Assembly: GCA_013265495.1 (NCBI GenBank)
Contig: MU058233.1
Span: forward strand, 843,038-907,037
DNA length: 64,000 bases
Reading direction: 5' to 3'
Source of the DNA: Vicugna vicugna
Taxonomy: Eukaryota
Part shown: positions 40,354-54,439 of the stretch, in pieces
Numbering within the stretch: position 1 is the stretch's first letter
Layout of the letters: each line of letters starts with the position of its first letter
Notes under the pieces: model-generated
The model's database searches: none
Seen by the model: the letters and a program-made list of their open reading frames with translations, nothing else
What the model was told of the DNA's origin: nothing
Program-made: the position numbers and the translations under genes

Positions 40354-40557
40354 TAAAAGCATATGGAAAGAATTGTTTCAATTTGTTGAATTTTAAAAAA
40401 TGTATACTCTGCTGCTTCTGCACCCCTACCTGTCTACTCCTCAGAGCCCCCAGGACTGTTGATGGGGTCGGGGCTCAGGGGTTGGGGTTGAATCTGAGAT
40501 GCTTCTTTGTGTCCAGCTCAGAGCCTCACCCAGTTGTTTATCTTTCACTGTGAACAG

Positions 40558-40653
40558 GGCATCAGCTTCCCAAGCCAGATGTGATCCTCCGGTTGGAGAA
40601 GGGGGAGGAACCGTGGCTGCTGGAGAGAGGCGTTCACCCAGAGGCCCATCCAG
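40558..40653 (+). CDS. ZNF10: ZNF10 KRAB-B exon
   Basis: aacag|96 nt|gtgaga; encodes GHQLPKPDVILRLEKGEEPWLLERGVHPEAHP, close to KOX1 KRAB-B. Confidence 0.95.
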
Positions 40654-42724
40654 GTGAGACCAGATTACCTGTTAGGGGCATGAATCCCTGGCGGCGGCAG
40701 TCACCAGCTCTCCGTGTTTCAAGATGAGGACTGAGTTTACTGACCTCCCACGTCCCCACTGCTGGTCTCCTCCCTGCAGTCTCGTCACCCTTGCGTTTGC
40801 GTTCCTGGAGTTCTCTTTCTGGTGATGTCCAGCCCTGTTCATTATTGCTTCCCTGATTATCACCACTAACTCCAGCGTCCAGATTCTCTCCTTTTGCATA
40901 GTGTTATTTCTCTCCACGCTGCCTGTCTCTTCCCCATCCTGTGTCCCTGTCCACGGCCTCTGTCTGCTGCTTTGTGTAAGCCCTGCCGTGGGGCCCATAA
41001 CTGCTCCTGCTCTGGGTTAGAAGAGGGCTGTGAAGGGCTCAGCGGTTCCTGCTGACTTAGCTCCCCTCGCTTCCCAGAGCCACTGCTCTCAAGAACATCT
41101 TGTCTTCTTGCTATAATCTCTTTGTTTAATGTTTTTTTCCAACTTATTTTTACTCATTTGAATCTTAATATCTCTAAAGTGCAGACCATTATGTGTATTC
41201 CTAGCATCGTTTCTTTTCTCAGCGTCCCTGTGTTGAGAAGATCAGCCTTCTTGGTTAAGAAATAGAAGGCAGCCCTTCATCTTCCTGCTTCTCTGTTCCC
41301 TCTGAGCCATCATTTTCCTGACCCCTGTTTCTAAGCTCGGTGCTCTGAGTCTCCCCTCAGCCCAACCATGCTGGATGTTGCTGTCCGGATCATACGTGGG
41401 AAGGGCAGGCAGTCAGGACACTGCCAGTGACCCCAGGTGGGGCTGCTAGCCAGGTCCAGTACAGTCCAGGCACCGTAATCGTCTGCAGTCACTCCCGTCT
41501 GGTATCTGATGTGCATGCGTATCAGGCACTTCCCTGCATCTCAGGCTTCGAGTGTGATGTAAAGGAAGTCTGTCTGTCAGTTTCTATTGTCCTCTGAGTT
41601 TCGCCTCTTTCCTTTTCTGTGAAACCTTTTGACTCATTAAGTACAAGTTTCTTCTTTTTTGGAGCTTCCACTTTGTTTAAGTCTCCTTCTAAATGTCATA
41701 AACCGTTTTTGACCTTTTTTACATTTGGCCTTGTAGGTGACCGTATTAAGTCTTTATCTCAGGGCAGGTCCCTCGGACACTGTGAAGTGCTTGATCATAC
41801 TGAAATTCCATGTAGGTGCTTAAACACCTGGGGTTTATAGGACTCTACAAGCTATGGTAACTTCATTATCGACAGGAGAAGGGTAATGAGTGATAGCTTT
41901 ATAAACTCACACGGTGGGTTGGTTAATGGAAGCTGCAGATTCTGAGGCTCGCTCACCGGAGTTCTCTTCCATGTTACATAATACATGGAAGATTTTTTAG
42001 GACTTTAATAAATTCATATTTTCTCACACTTTACTCAGACTTGTCCACCAGCATGCAGCCCCCATTCCTCACCACATGTGTTCATTTTAGAATTTTCCAT
42101 CAGCATTTGTGGTTTGAAAACCTTCTCCATGGGATTCTGATACACTGGGTGGAGGAGAAGGAGAGGAGGGTGTGTGTCCGATCAAAACTCATCAAGGTAG
42201 AGCTGGATGTAGATATAACGGAGTATTATTTAGCCCTAAAAAGGGAGGAAGTTCTGCAGTACACTACAGTGTGGGTGGACCTTCAGGACATTGCTGGGTG
42301 AAATAAACCAGTCACAAAAGGACAAATAGTGTGTGATTCCACTTTCAGGAGGTACTTGAAGTAGCCAGAATCATAAAGACGAAGTATAATGGTGCTTTCC
42401 AGGGGCTCGGTGAGGGAGTGGGGGTGTCACTGTTTAACAGGTATAGAGTTTTAGTTTTACAAGGTGAACGTGATTTACGGGGATGGTGGTGATGGCTGCA
42501 CGACAGTGTGAATATACCCCACACTTCAGTTGTGCCCTTAAAAATGGTTAAGATGGTGCATTTTATGTTACAGGTGTTTTACATCACAATTTTTTTTAAA
42601 AGAAAGGATGGGGAAGAAGCCGGTAGCTGACAAAGCTGTGAATGAAAACGAGGACTGGTGGTGGGGCTGGGTCATACCGAGAGAGCAGTGAGGAGCCCAG
42701 CACAGGATGATTCACTGGGACAGA

Positions 42725-43128
42725 GGTCCACAGACTGGGTGGCGTAAGTCAGCAAATTAATTTTCTCACAGTTCTGGAGGTCAAAAGTGAAATCAAGGTG
42801 TCGTCAGAGCCACACACCCTCTCAAGCCTCCAGGAGAGGCCCTCCCTCGCTTCTTGAATCTCTGGTGGCCCCAGGTGTCCTTGGATTGTAGACGCATCTG
42901 TCTGATCAGCCTCTGTCTTCACATGGCCGCCTTCCCCGTGTGTGTCTGTGTGGCCCCTCTTCTCTTCTCCTCATAAGGACACGTCACCCTGGATGAGGGC
43001 CCACCCTACCCCAGTACTGCTCCCACTTAACTGATCACATCTACCTGTTCCAAGTAAGTCACAATCTGTGACACTGGGGGTCAGGACTTCAACATATCTT
43101 CTTTGGGGACACAGTCCAACCTATATAC
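42725..43128 (-). mobile_element. MLT1 (MaLR) LTR
   Basis: ttctcacagttctggagg...aaatcaaggtgtc...gtcaggacttcaacatatctt. Confidence 0.8.
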
Positions 43129-44109
43129 CAGATAAGAGCAGAATATTGCCCCATTTCTGTAGGAGGAGGTGGTATTGGGTAAATAGTGGAGTTTTCCCTA
43201 GGTTTCAGCAGCAAACTTTCAGCTGAAAGCATTGAGAAGCAAACTCAGGCTCTTAACCAGGGGAAATAATTTGCAGTCATCTGCATACGTAGGAGCAGGA
43301 GGGCAGAAAGTCCAGGAGACTGTGCGTTGGGTCCAGGCTCTGCGCTGGTGCCCTGTGTTAGTCCTGCCGGCTTTGGTAAGCCCTGATGTCTCAGAGCCGA
43401 GGAGTCAACGCGGAAGACAGGAACGACGGTGACAGTATTGTAAATGGCGTTGCTTTGCCCACGTGTGTGTCAGACGGTCATGGGCTCCCTCTTCATATGC
43501 TCCTTAGGATAACCTCATAGGTCCTTGGATGACAGATGAGCAGAGTGATCTTTGAAATTGTAGCAACTTGTCTGAATTCACCACTAGCAGTGGTAAAGCT
43601 TAGGTTAGAGCCTGTATCTGGGTAACGTCTCTGCAGTTGCCCCTCCGGCCTTTCACCTGGCCTGTCTGAGAGGTTTGCTGTGTGTAATTGCTCTGTGCTT
43701 TCCTGGTGATGTAGCTGCGTGGCTGCGTTCGTGGTTTAGGAATGTTAGGTTGGCAGAATTCCTGTCGGGGTGGGGCGCCTGGCAGCACAGAAACATGCTA
43801 GGTCCTTTTATCATGAGTGTCAGATTCAGAAGTGGGAGGGCAGTCCATTCTGTGTCTCCCACCCCAACGCTGAGCATCCTGACTCGTGTGCGGTGACCAG
43901 GCCTGTGGCTCCTCCCCTTCCGTCTCCTGTCATGTGCGTGTCGTAGCCCAGCACGTCTCTTGTCTACGGCTCTTCCTCCCCTTTCTCACTCTCTGTCAAG
44001 GTCACAAAACCATATTTGAAAGCAACTCTATGACTTACACACTTATTTCCTACCTACTCTGACCTTAATACTTCTTTTAGTTGTGCAAGGCTTTTTTCAT
44101 TTCTTTCAG

Positions 44110-45572
44110 ATTTGGAGGCTGCAGTTGAAATTAAATCATCACTTTCCAGTAGGAGCATCTCTAAAGATGAACAGTCCTGTGGTGTTAAAATGGAAGGAAT
44201 GGCAAAGGATGACCCCTGGTACTTGTCACTGGAACAAGTCTGGACGTGTGAAGGTCGCTTGGACAGGTCTCAGGGCAGCCAGGAGAGACATCTGAGGCAA
44301 GTGGCATTCCCCCAGAAGAAAGCACCTCCCCAGGAGAGAGCCTGCGGAAATGGGAAATTCGGGACAAGCTGTCCTCTTCCTGCTCAGCTAGTGCTGCGAG
44401 AGTATTTCCTTAAACATGACTCACATCCTAAAACTGTAAAGCAGAGTTTAGTTTTCAGTGGTCCTCAGGAAGGCTATGCAAGCAACAGTGATGACTGTGA
44501 TCAAACCATCTGCCAAAACATTCACCTTATTCAGTTTGCAAGAACTCAAGCAGTAGATAAATCGTACAGATGCCCTGATAAGAATTCTCTTACTCATGGT
44601 ACATCCCTTGGTATATCGAAGGGTATACTTAGAGAGAAACCCTACGAATGTAAGGAATGTGGGAAATTCTTCAGCTGGCGCTCTAATCTTACCAGGCACC
44701 GGCTGATTCATACTGGAGAAAAACCCTATGAATGTAAAGAATGTGGAAAATCTTTCAGCCGGAGTTCTCATCTCATTGGACACCAAAAGACTCATACTGG
44801 TGAGGAGCCATATGAGTGTAAAGAATGTGGGAGATCCTTCAGCTGGTTCTCCCACCTTGTCACTCACCAGAGGACTCATACAGGAGACAAACTGTACACC
44901 TGTAATCAGTGTGGGAAGTCTTTTGTTCACAGCTCCAGGCTCATTAGACACCAGAGAACTCATACTGGAGAGAAACCTTATGAATGTCCTGAATGTGGGA
45001 AATCTTTCAGGCAGAGCACACATCTCATCCTGCACCAGAGGACTCACGTTAGAGTGCGGCCCTATGAGTGCAGTGAATGTGGGAAGTCTTACAGCCAGAG
45101 ATCTCACCTCGTCGTGCATCACAGAACTCACACCGGGCTGAAGCCCTTTGAGTGTAAAGACTGTGGAAAATGCTTCAGTCGCAGCTCCCACCTGTTCTCA
45201 CATCAGAGAACCCACACTGGGGAGAAACCGTACAAATGCCGGGACTGTGGGAAATCCTTCAGCCAGAGTTCTGCCCTCATTGTGCACCAGAGGATTCACA
45301 CTGGAGAGAAGCCTTATCAGTGCGGTCAGTGCGGGAAAGCCTTCATTCGGAAGAATGACCTTATTAAGCATCAGAAGGTTCATGTTGGAGAAGAGGCCTA
45401 CAAGTGTAACCGGTGTGGGATCGCCTTCAGCCAGAACTCCCCGTTTATGGTGCGTCACATAGCTCACACTGGAGAGCAGTTCCTAGCGTGTAATCAGTGT
45501 GGATCCGTGCTGGTTAACACCCCAACCCTCATGAGATACCAGATAAATCATATTAGAGAAAATGCGTATTAA
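44110..45572 (+). CDS. ZNF10: ZNF10 (KOX1) terminal exon: spacer, 9 intact and 2 degenerate C2H2 fingers
   Basis: Acceptor ttctttcag ends at 44109, phase 1. Open to TAA at 45572; spliced CDS is 1719 nt. [22 protein letters not shown] and the C-terminal HIRENAY match recalled human ZNF10. Confidence 0.95.
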
Positions 45573-48199
45573 TTAATAAATCTGAAAAATTCTTCCTGAA
45601 CAGCAATAACTTTGTTTTGTCTTGGGGAACTCCTTCTGGAGAGAAGCTGCCTTCAGTCTTGTTACTACCCTTTTGCTCACTAGAGAATTGGTCCTGGAGA
45701 GGGGAAAACCACACAAATTTCACTTTAGTACATCAGATTTTCTGCTTTCTCGAAACTCCCACAAAAGTAATTGGCCTGGGAGCATTCTTGGCCAAGCCTT
45801 CAGTGCTGAAGTCTGAGAAGGAGCCATTACTTAGGTGAGTTGTTGATAGATAATCCAGCTTTGTTTCCACCCCAGAAGTGAGAGTGCTACCTCAGAAAGA
45901 CAAATGAGAGTTGTTGCTGAGAAGAATAAAGAATCAATACAGTTAGAGCGATGAAAGATGGAAAGCAGTACTGCAGTGACGTGATGTGCCGTTTTTTACT
46001 GGCTTGTCCCTCTCCCCTGGGACACTTTGTAGTGTTTAGTCTGCTTTCTGTGTCTTATGTAAACCACATTTTGGCTAGCAGCAGGGAACATCTTATAATG
46101 TGAGCAGAGGAGGAAGAACACGTTTACTACTAGCAGTACCCATTTTAAGTATATTTGCATGTGGACAAGAATTGAAAACCTCTCCATAGATAAATGAACA
46201 GAATTGATTTGTTAGTAATGGGTTTACAAGTGAGTTTCCTAGTGTACTTGGTGTCACCGTCATGATTATTGGAAGATACTTTTAAATATTTAAAAAGGAT
46301 GTCTAGTTTCTCTATCCCACCATCAAGGAAACTTGAGAACCACCTGCTAGCCGACTTTCCTGTACATTCTAAGTTGTTTGGGGCCATAGTTAAGAGTTGT
46401 GCTCCTTGCGGCAGGCTGCCAAAGGCCCCTGGGAATTTGAACACGATGACTCTCTGGATGTTGGGACCTGAAAGAACAGTGGATATTTGAACATGCCAGG
46501 GAGGGTCTCCTCAGAGCGGGCGCAGGTACCTGGACAATGCTTGGAGCAAGTGTGCTCATAAAATGGACACAGCACTGCCCACAGCCACACTCCTTCCCAG
46601 GCAGACTTTTGTCTTTATGAAGAAAGCTTAGTGGTTAGTCTCAGTCTCAGTCTGAGCTGGGACCCCCGAGGTGAAACCCCACCTCTCCTTCACTTGCCAG
46701 GTGACGTGGGCATGCCGTCAAGCTCCTCCGTGCCCGACTCACAGACACCCTCCTCTGTAAGTCAGGGGCGCCTCGTACGGCTGTGCTCAGTAGCAGACGA
46801 GCCCAGAACGGTGCCTGATGTGGACACCGTGCTGTATTTCATTAGCTGTGATGTTCACCATTAAGGCTGTTGCCCACCGCCCCCCGCCCCAGTGTCTGTC
46901 ATTTAACTTAAACCTGCCTGATCGCTGATAAGAACTGACTGACCCTCACTTCCCTTCCAGTCACACATGTCTTCCCTTTTACCTACATTGGAACTTACCA
47001 ACCTCAGGAAACCACTGACCCACAGTGGGTGCGTGGATTCATTTCTGAGTATCAGTAAACACCTTTTAATGCTGTATGCAAAAGCAATCTCTCTGTATGA
47101 AGGTTCTCCCTTCAAGGGAGAAGATGCTAATCTACAGATTCTCTGGTAAATCCATGACCCAAAAAAGGTTTAGAAAGAGAACCCGTTTTAATGCTGTTCC
47201 CTTCTATAAATGGATCTTGTGTGGGGGGCCTGACCACTATTTGCCATTTTCTGATAAACAATACATATGTTAGATGCTCAGTGATTGACTGTTGAATGAT
47301 AAATAAATGCTGAGACCACAGGACGAGGATCTTGTGTCTCTCCCAGACAAATCTGGAGATGCTGGTAGACTTGTGCAACCGAGAACCGCAGGCATCTGGG
47401 CTGCTCACTCGCTCTTCCCGGTGCGGCTGAGGTAGAGCGAGTCGGCCAGGCCTCCCAGCACCTCAGTCACTGTTAGCACTGCCTCTTCAGTGCTTATGCA
47501 CCATTTGCGTGTGTAATGGCCTCCTGTCATGAACGGTTGTCATCACAAGCAGTGGCTGTCCGTGGGAGGAAAAGAGTGGCCCCTCCGCTGGGCCTCTTAG
47601 CACTTCCCACAGCCCTCGGCTGGAGGTCCCACAGCTGCACAGTGGAGATGCCGCTAGTATCCACCTCCAAGGGGGCTGTGTGCGGTCAGCGAGATAATGT
47701 GTAAAGGATTTAAAACCGTGCCTGGCACGTAGCAAGTACTGTATGTGTTAGCTATGACTAATTCACTAATATCAACACCCTAAGGGATCTGTGTCTGTGG
47801 GTGATCACTGAAACTTACAAAACTGCAAAATTTGCAGCGTTAAAAATGTACGATAGCAGAATGGTTATTTATAGACATTAAAGTTATGCAGTAGAAAGTT
47901 TGGTAAAATGAAAAATGTTGATACTGTGATGTTACGAGACGGCATGAAAATAATTGTCAATACGGAATAAGCTCAGATAAGTAAATAAATGAACTTCAAA
48001 AAAACTGTCGTGCTCAAAACTAAGGAGATTTATCAAAAGATGAATAGTTTAATGGATTAATAGAATAATCACCTGCATATTGGAAAAATTGGTGTTTACT
48101 TTTCTATTTTTCTTGTACTTTTCTTTCCAAAGTCTCTTCAAAGAATATATATTGCTTTAGGATTAGGAAAACAGTCTTTTCAGTGATGGAATAATTTCT

Positions 48200-50000
48200 C
48201 TTCAAAAGTTCCTTATCTGCAAATAAGCTACTGGAACTTTAATAAGGGAATTTGGCAAGGTCTCACTATGAGATCAATATACAGAAATTGATATTTCTAT
48301 ATTCAAGCAGTGAACAATTTGTAAATGAAATCAGGAATACAGTCCCACTTACAATGATACAAAAATGTGAAATACTTAGATAAACTTAATTGAGCAAAAT
48401 GTATACAGTGGAAATAGAAAGCATTGCTGAAAGACATTCAAGAATGCATGACTAAGAATACGTAATAAGCACATTAGAAGTGAAGAAACACACCGTGGTC
48501 ACGGATAGAAAAGCTCGATATAGTGAAGAGAGCTATCTTCCTCAAACTAATCTTCCGGTTCGGAGACATTTGTGGGGAAATTGACAAGCTAGTCAAGACG
48601 TTACATGGAAACGTGGAGGACCCGAAGCAATTGCTTTAAAGGATAAGGTTGAAGGGCCCATGCCACCTAAGTTCAAGGTCTGCTGTAGAACTACCCTAAT
48701 AAAACGCTGGCATGATCAATAACACAGGGAAGAGTCTACACACATGTTGTTAATTAAATTTTGACGTGAGAGTGACAATAACTCAGTGTGGGAAACAGTC
48801 TTCTACATGAGTGGTGGTGCCCCAACCAGGTATCGGTATGGAAGAAGCCCTCCCTTTACCTCACAGCACATCCAGCAGTCACTCAAACTGCATCACAAAC
48901 CTAAATGCAAAAGCTGGAACTTCTCAACACCTGAGGAAAACGGGAAAATGCTGATGCCCCTGGGCTAGACAAAGCACAAAAATCCACAAATCATGAAGGA
49001 AAAGTGATACCTTGGACTTGAAAATAGAAACTTCTGCTGTTTTGAAAACACCATTAAGAACATAAAAAGACAAGGCATAGACTAGTGTATATTAACTATA
49101 TAGAAACTCATATCCAGAATACAAAGAACCCTCATAACTCATAAGTTATGTAGCAAGCAGATAAACAAAAAAATGCAAAATGATTTACTGGGTGCTTCGC
49201 AAAAGAATATATATAAATGGTCAGTAAACCTATGTAAAGATGCTCAACATCATTAGTGATTAGGGAGATGCAAATTGAAGCCAGGAGGAGATCGGACTTC
49301 TCATTTGTAGCATGACTAAAATTTAGAAGGTAACACTGGGTATTGGGGATTGGAGAGATGAGAACCCTCACACATTGCTGGGGGCGGTTATGCAATTTTG
49401 GAGAACAGTTTTGCGTATCTTCGAAGTGCTAAACATACAGGTACCATGTGACCCATCAGTTCCATCCCTAGCTAAAAAATTGAGAGACCTGAAAACATGT
49501 GCATGCAAAAATGTGTGACTGAATGTTCTGCATTATAACAGCCTGAACCTGGAACAAACAAAACAATAAAGACAACAGATGTCATGTATAGTAATTCACA
49601 GCTCATGAGCAGATAAATACATTGGAGTCTCGCCCTGTATGGGAATACTACTCAGCAATGAAAGAGACAAACTCATGCTGTATTCAGCAGAGGGTTAAAT
49701 CTGAAAAGCATTCCAAGTAAAGGAATTCAGACACAAAGGAGTACACACTGTTATGACTCACCTAGGAAATTCCAGAGGACATAATATGTAATGACAGGAG
49801 ACAGGTCGGTGATCACCGGTGGCCGGGGTGGAAGAGCTCCTGACTGCAAACAGGACCACAGGGAACCATCAGGAGTGAACTGTGTCTTGTTTGTGGTGGT
49901 GGTTCCATGATGTCTTCAGCTGTTAAACTCATTGAACTGGACAATTAAATGCATCCAGTTGGTATGTTGTATGTAAATTTTGCATCAATAAAGTTGTTTT
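48200..50000 (+). mobile_element. Old L1 ORF2 3' half and 3' UTR, degraded
   Basis: aagatgctcaacatcattagtgattagggagatgcaaatt, aaacttctgc, terminal tcaataaag. Confidence 0.8.
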
Positions 50001-51724
50001 TTAAAAATTTGGAAAACCAGGGATTTCTGGGGAAGAAGACAATCTGGGGTTCCAGGTGAATGCTGATAACAACAGTGTAGCAATGTTGAATTTTTGTGAC
50101 TCATCTTCACTTACAGAACGCTTAATGTGAACTAGCCAATCTGCTAAGCCCTCTAATGCATTAGATTATTTCTATCTTTAACCCTCTAAGGAGTGTAATA
50201 TTATCCCCTCTACAGTTAAGGGACCTAGAGTTTGGGAATTTTAAGTAATTTGCCCCAAATCACCCAGCTAGTGAATGGCAGAGCTTCATTTCAGAAATAG
50301 CTGGTGAGTGTGGCAGATCTCAAGTAAGTTGAAGCTTGCATTGCAGAGGGTTTATAAAATCAGCTTCACTGATACAAAAAAAAATAGATACACTCCCACT
50401 GTTACTCCATCCAGAAACAAATGGACTCAGACACCCCTCAAACGGTCCTCCAGAGGTCTCCCTTTTTATGTCATCATTGTGCTCTGGACGAGATATTTTA
50501 CAGTGACACAGCTGACATTCCAAAGGGAAGAAAGTGAACACATTCCATTCAAGGGTTCTGTGGCATGTGAGTTACAGACACCGTCTCATTTAGTTTTCAC
50601 ACCTGTTCTGTCAACGTGCGTTCCTTCCTTCCATCTCATGGGTTCGGAGTGACTTGTCCCAGTGGCCCAGGCAGAAGTGGAGATCTCAGCATGTTTTCTG
50701 CTCTTCCTTGCAGCCTGCGCGTCTCACTAAGGATCTTCCTGCTCTCCTAAGGGTAATGGGTAACCAGTGAGGAATCTTAAGACAGGCCACCTGATGCTAT
50801 AGCACATGTGGAATCACAAAATATATTCTTTATATTCACCCATGAATGAAGCCCATGCTGATTAAATATGTGGGACTGTTTTGTTGTTGTTGTTACATGG
50901 CAGGAAGTGAAATAAATTGACATAGTTAACTTTGTCCCTAAAAGCTGCAAACTGGCCATACGCCTAGTGTCTCAGCAGCTGTTCCAGAACTGGTTGGAAA
51001 GAATCAAATCAATGGTGTGAATAAGCAGCTTGGGTGGAGCTGGCAAGATGTTCCAAGAACAGGATGACCTTGGGTGAGACACGGCAATGAATGGAGATTT
51101 CAGAGGGCTGGGCTTCAGAGGGCTGGGGACACTGACTGCTTTTGGCTCTAAACATTAGGAATTAAGTTTTCAATATTTGTAGAGACAGAGTTCTCTCATG
51201 TGTCCTCCAAAAATCCATGTGTTGAAGTTGGAGCCCCCAGTTTCAAAATGTGACCTCACTTGGAGAAAGGGTCTTTACAGAGGTCATGAAGTTAAAGTGA
51301 GGTCATTAGGGTGGACCCTGATCTAAATAAAGGGAAGTTTACGTTCAGTGAATATTGGTTGAATGAATTGATGAAGAAGCCAACATCCGTTCACTGAACC
51401 TGGGAAGGAGGATGCCACACGTGTCCGGCCAGGCAGCGTGAGCAGGTGCTCTTTCAGCGAAGAAGGAGGCTGGAGGAGAGTTGCTGGGGGTGGAGCAGCA
51501 GTGCCGTCCCGTGGAAATACATCTTGGCGATACTACCCTTGGTGACAAAGTCTTTTACATGGACCTTGGCAGTCAGAGCCTCAAATGTGCATGCAAGACC
51601 AAAGGATTAAAAATAACCGAGGCCTTTGTGAAGGACAACAGTGAAAAAGGGCTTTGATTTACTACTTACAAGGCTTGCTCTAATGATACAATAACAAGAG
51701 AAGCTGTATTAGCACTGTGTGGAC

Positions 51725-52509
51725 CAGGGGTTGGCAAACAATGGACACTAGGCCAAATCTGGCCAGCTGTCTGCTTTTGTGATTAAAGTTTTACTAGAAC
51801 ATTCATGCTCATTTTATGTAGTTTTATCTATTCCTGCCTTTGTGATACAGTGGCAGAGCTCAGTAGTTATGACAGACCTTTTTTTTTTTTTGGCCAGCCG
51901 CTGTTTTTACTTCCTCCTGGCTGTAGACATCACAAAACCTAACATGTTTACTGGATTGTTAGGGGCTGACTTGTGTCCCCTAAAATTCCTGTGTTGAAGT
52001 CCTAATCCCCAGTAACTCAGAATGTCACTGTTTAGGGTCTTTGAAGTTTAAACATTTTAAGGTAAAATGAGGATATTAGATGTATCATGGAAAAGAATCT
52101 GAAAAAGAATATATATATAGTGTATGTGTAACTGAATCACTTTGCTAAACACCTGAAATGAATATGACATTGTAAATTACCCATACGTCAGTAAAATAAT
52201 AACAAATGAGGATATTAGGTTGGGCCCTAATCCAATCCGACTGGTGTCCTTATAAGAAGAGGAGATTAGGACACTGACCTGCACACCGGGATGCCCAAGT
52301 GAGGACACAGGGAGAAGATGGCCACCTGCCAGCCAAAGAGGGAGGCCTGAGAAGAAACCAACTCTGTTGCCACCTTTATCTCTGACTTTCAGCCTCTAGA
52401 ACTGTGGAAACATCCATTTCTGTGGTTTAAGCTGCCCTCTGGCACTTTATCATTGCCCTTCTAGAAAACTAATACACTGGCCTTTTACAGAAAAGATCTG
52501 CAGACCCCC
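51725..52509 (+). mobile_element. MER58A-like hAT element, interrupted
   Basis: 5' end caggggttggcaaac...ggccaaatctggcc...taaagtttta; 3' end ctggccttttacagaaaagatctgcagacccc. Confidence 0.8.
51957..52476 (+). mobile_element. MLT1 LTR nested in MER58, itself interrupted by an L1 3' end (52080-52203)
   Basis: tgtt...tgtgtcccctaaaattc...gggccctaatccaat...aaactaataca. The L1 is flanked by TSD aaatgaggatattag at 52065-52079 and 52204-52218. Confidence 0.85.
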
Positions 52510-52567
52510 ATTATGGGCATATATCAATGAGACAAAACGAAGAGGCAGGAAACAGACTCACAGACAC

Positions 52568-53035
52568 ATGGCAGGCAGATAATGGCTCTGGAAAGATGTC
52601 CACATCCTAATCCTGGTACCTATTAATACATTACCTTACTTGGCAAAGGGGAACTAAGTTGGCTAAGCAGCCAACCTGAAAATAGGAAGAGTAGCTCGGA
52701 TGGTCCAGGTGTGCCTAATGAGCCCTTCAAAGTGGACAAAGGAGGCAGAAAAGGAGGCCAGAGTGATGCGGTGTGAGGAGACTCAGTCCTCTCTTGCTGG
52801 TTTTGAAGCTGGAAGACTGGGGCTGGGAGCCAGGAAATGAACGTGGCCTCTAAAATCTGGAAAAGGTGAGGAAACAATTTCCCCCAAGAGCCCCCAGAGG
52901 GGAAACGCAGCCCTGCCAACACCTTGATTTAGCCCAGTAAGACCTGAGTCGCACCTTGACCTTCAGAACTGTAAGATGATACATTTGTGTTGTTTTAAGC
53001 TACCAAGTTTATTGCAGCAGTGAGGAAACTAACAC
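52568..53035 (+). mobile_element. MLT1D-like LTR
   Basis: tggcaggcagataatggc...gaccttcagaactgtaagatgatacatttgtgttgttttaagc...aaactaacaca. Confidence 0.8.
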
Positions 53036-53339
53036 AGCATGAGACCTTAGTACATAACAGAGATCGGTTAACAAATCAGTGTGCAAAGGATGCTAATTCT
53101 ACCTTTCAACCTAAAACTTTTAGAGCCTTCCTTTCCACATTTAATATTTAATCTATTTAGGATTTATTTTAAATACATTCTGAGACAGCAATGTTTTTTT
53201 CTGTTATTGTATAGCTATCTCATTTTCCTACACAAATTGTTGAAAAGTTTGCCTTTTCCACAGTATTTTCCTCCAATATTTTATTATGAAAAATTTGATA
53301 GATATGGAAAAGTTGAAAGAATTTTACAATGAGTACTGG

Positions 53340-54250
53340 TGTTCCCAAACTTCAGATGTCACTCATTGTGTTGAATTGGCACTGATGGTGCAAAAGCAAT
53401 AGGGGTGCATCTGTGGGCACTGAGATGCATCAAGGCGGTAACACCAAAATGTACTTGTTAGTAGGCATTGTGTTCTTCATCGTCACATTCACAGTTAAAA
53501 AAAAAAAGGGGGAAGGACCAATTTCACTTCTGGTTGTCCTTGATGGAGCAGTGAAAAATAATTTTATTGCATCTCATCTCGAGCCATGTGTTTTTAATAT
53601 CTGTGCAACATACATTATGTGCTGCAGTGAAATTCCTTAGCTGTCTCCAGAAAAAGTATTTGTGTGATGATCTGAGCTGGGAGTTGAGGTTTGCATGAAA
53701 GGACTTTTTCTCAAAAATCAACCAAGTGAGCTGTCACTTCAAGGAAAACAAAAGACAACATTTTTTGCCAATGTAAGTGAAAACAGAATTTTGGAAATCT
53801 TGTATCTGCCACTGTGAACATACATTCCCAAAACTTAAGATCCATGATATTAATGAATACGAGTTTTCATATTGTATTATGAAAGGTATCAACATTTGGA
53901 GGATCTGCATTAGTCAGTGAACCAGCATTTTGATAATGACCAATGCATGACGTTACAAAATCATCCATGATAAAACTGTCCATTCAAAGTACAAGGTAGA
54001 CCAATGGATTTTAATATAATAGAAGTTCGCCCGTGTGGTTTCAGATCGTACACTGCAACTGACCTATCCCTTGTTCAGCTTTCACTAGGAAGAAGACGCA
54101 CAATTATCTGAGTATATTAAAATACCCTGTCCCATCTACATACCTATGTAAGGCCAGATTTTTAAAAAATATACTTCCACAGAAGCAAAGATGCAACATA
54201 TTGAATGCAGACGCACATATGAGAATCTAGCTGTTTTGTATTAAGCCCGG
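53340..54250 (+). mobile_element. Charlie1-like hAT transposon remnant
   Basis: gcactgatggtgcaaaagcaat and gaatgcagacgcacatatgagaatctagctg resemble Charlie1. No long ORF. Confidence 0.6.
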
Positions 54251-54439
54251 CGCTTGCAAGAGTCCTCCACAGGCCCTCCTCCCCGACCCTCCCCCGCAAA
54301 ATAGGAAGAGAACGCCACTCCTGTTTTTCTGGAAAATAAATTAAATTTTCGTAAAAATGTCATTTACATAACGCAATGAATCTTTGCGTTATTAAATTGT
54401 AATTTCGAGCTTCTACCATTCGGAAAGCTGGGACCTAAG

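Noticed and set aside
44448..45191. 247-aa antisense ORF, and similar shadow ORFs over the ZNF140 and ZNF891 fingers
   Set aside because: Expected by-product of repetitive C2H2 codon patterns; no independent gene signals.
53340..54250. Domesticated hAT transposase next to the KZFP genes
   Set aside because: No ORF longer than 75 aa; degraded repeat.
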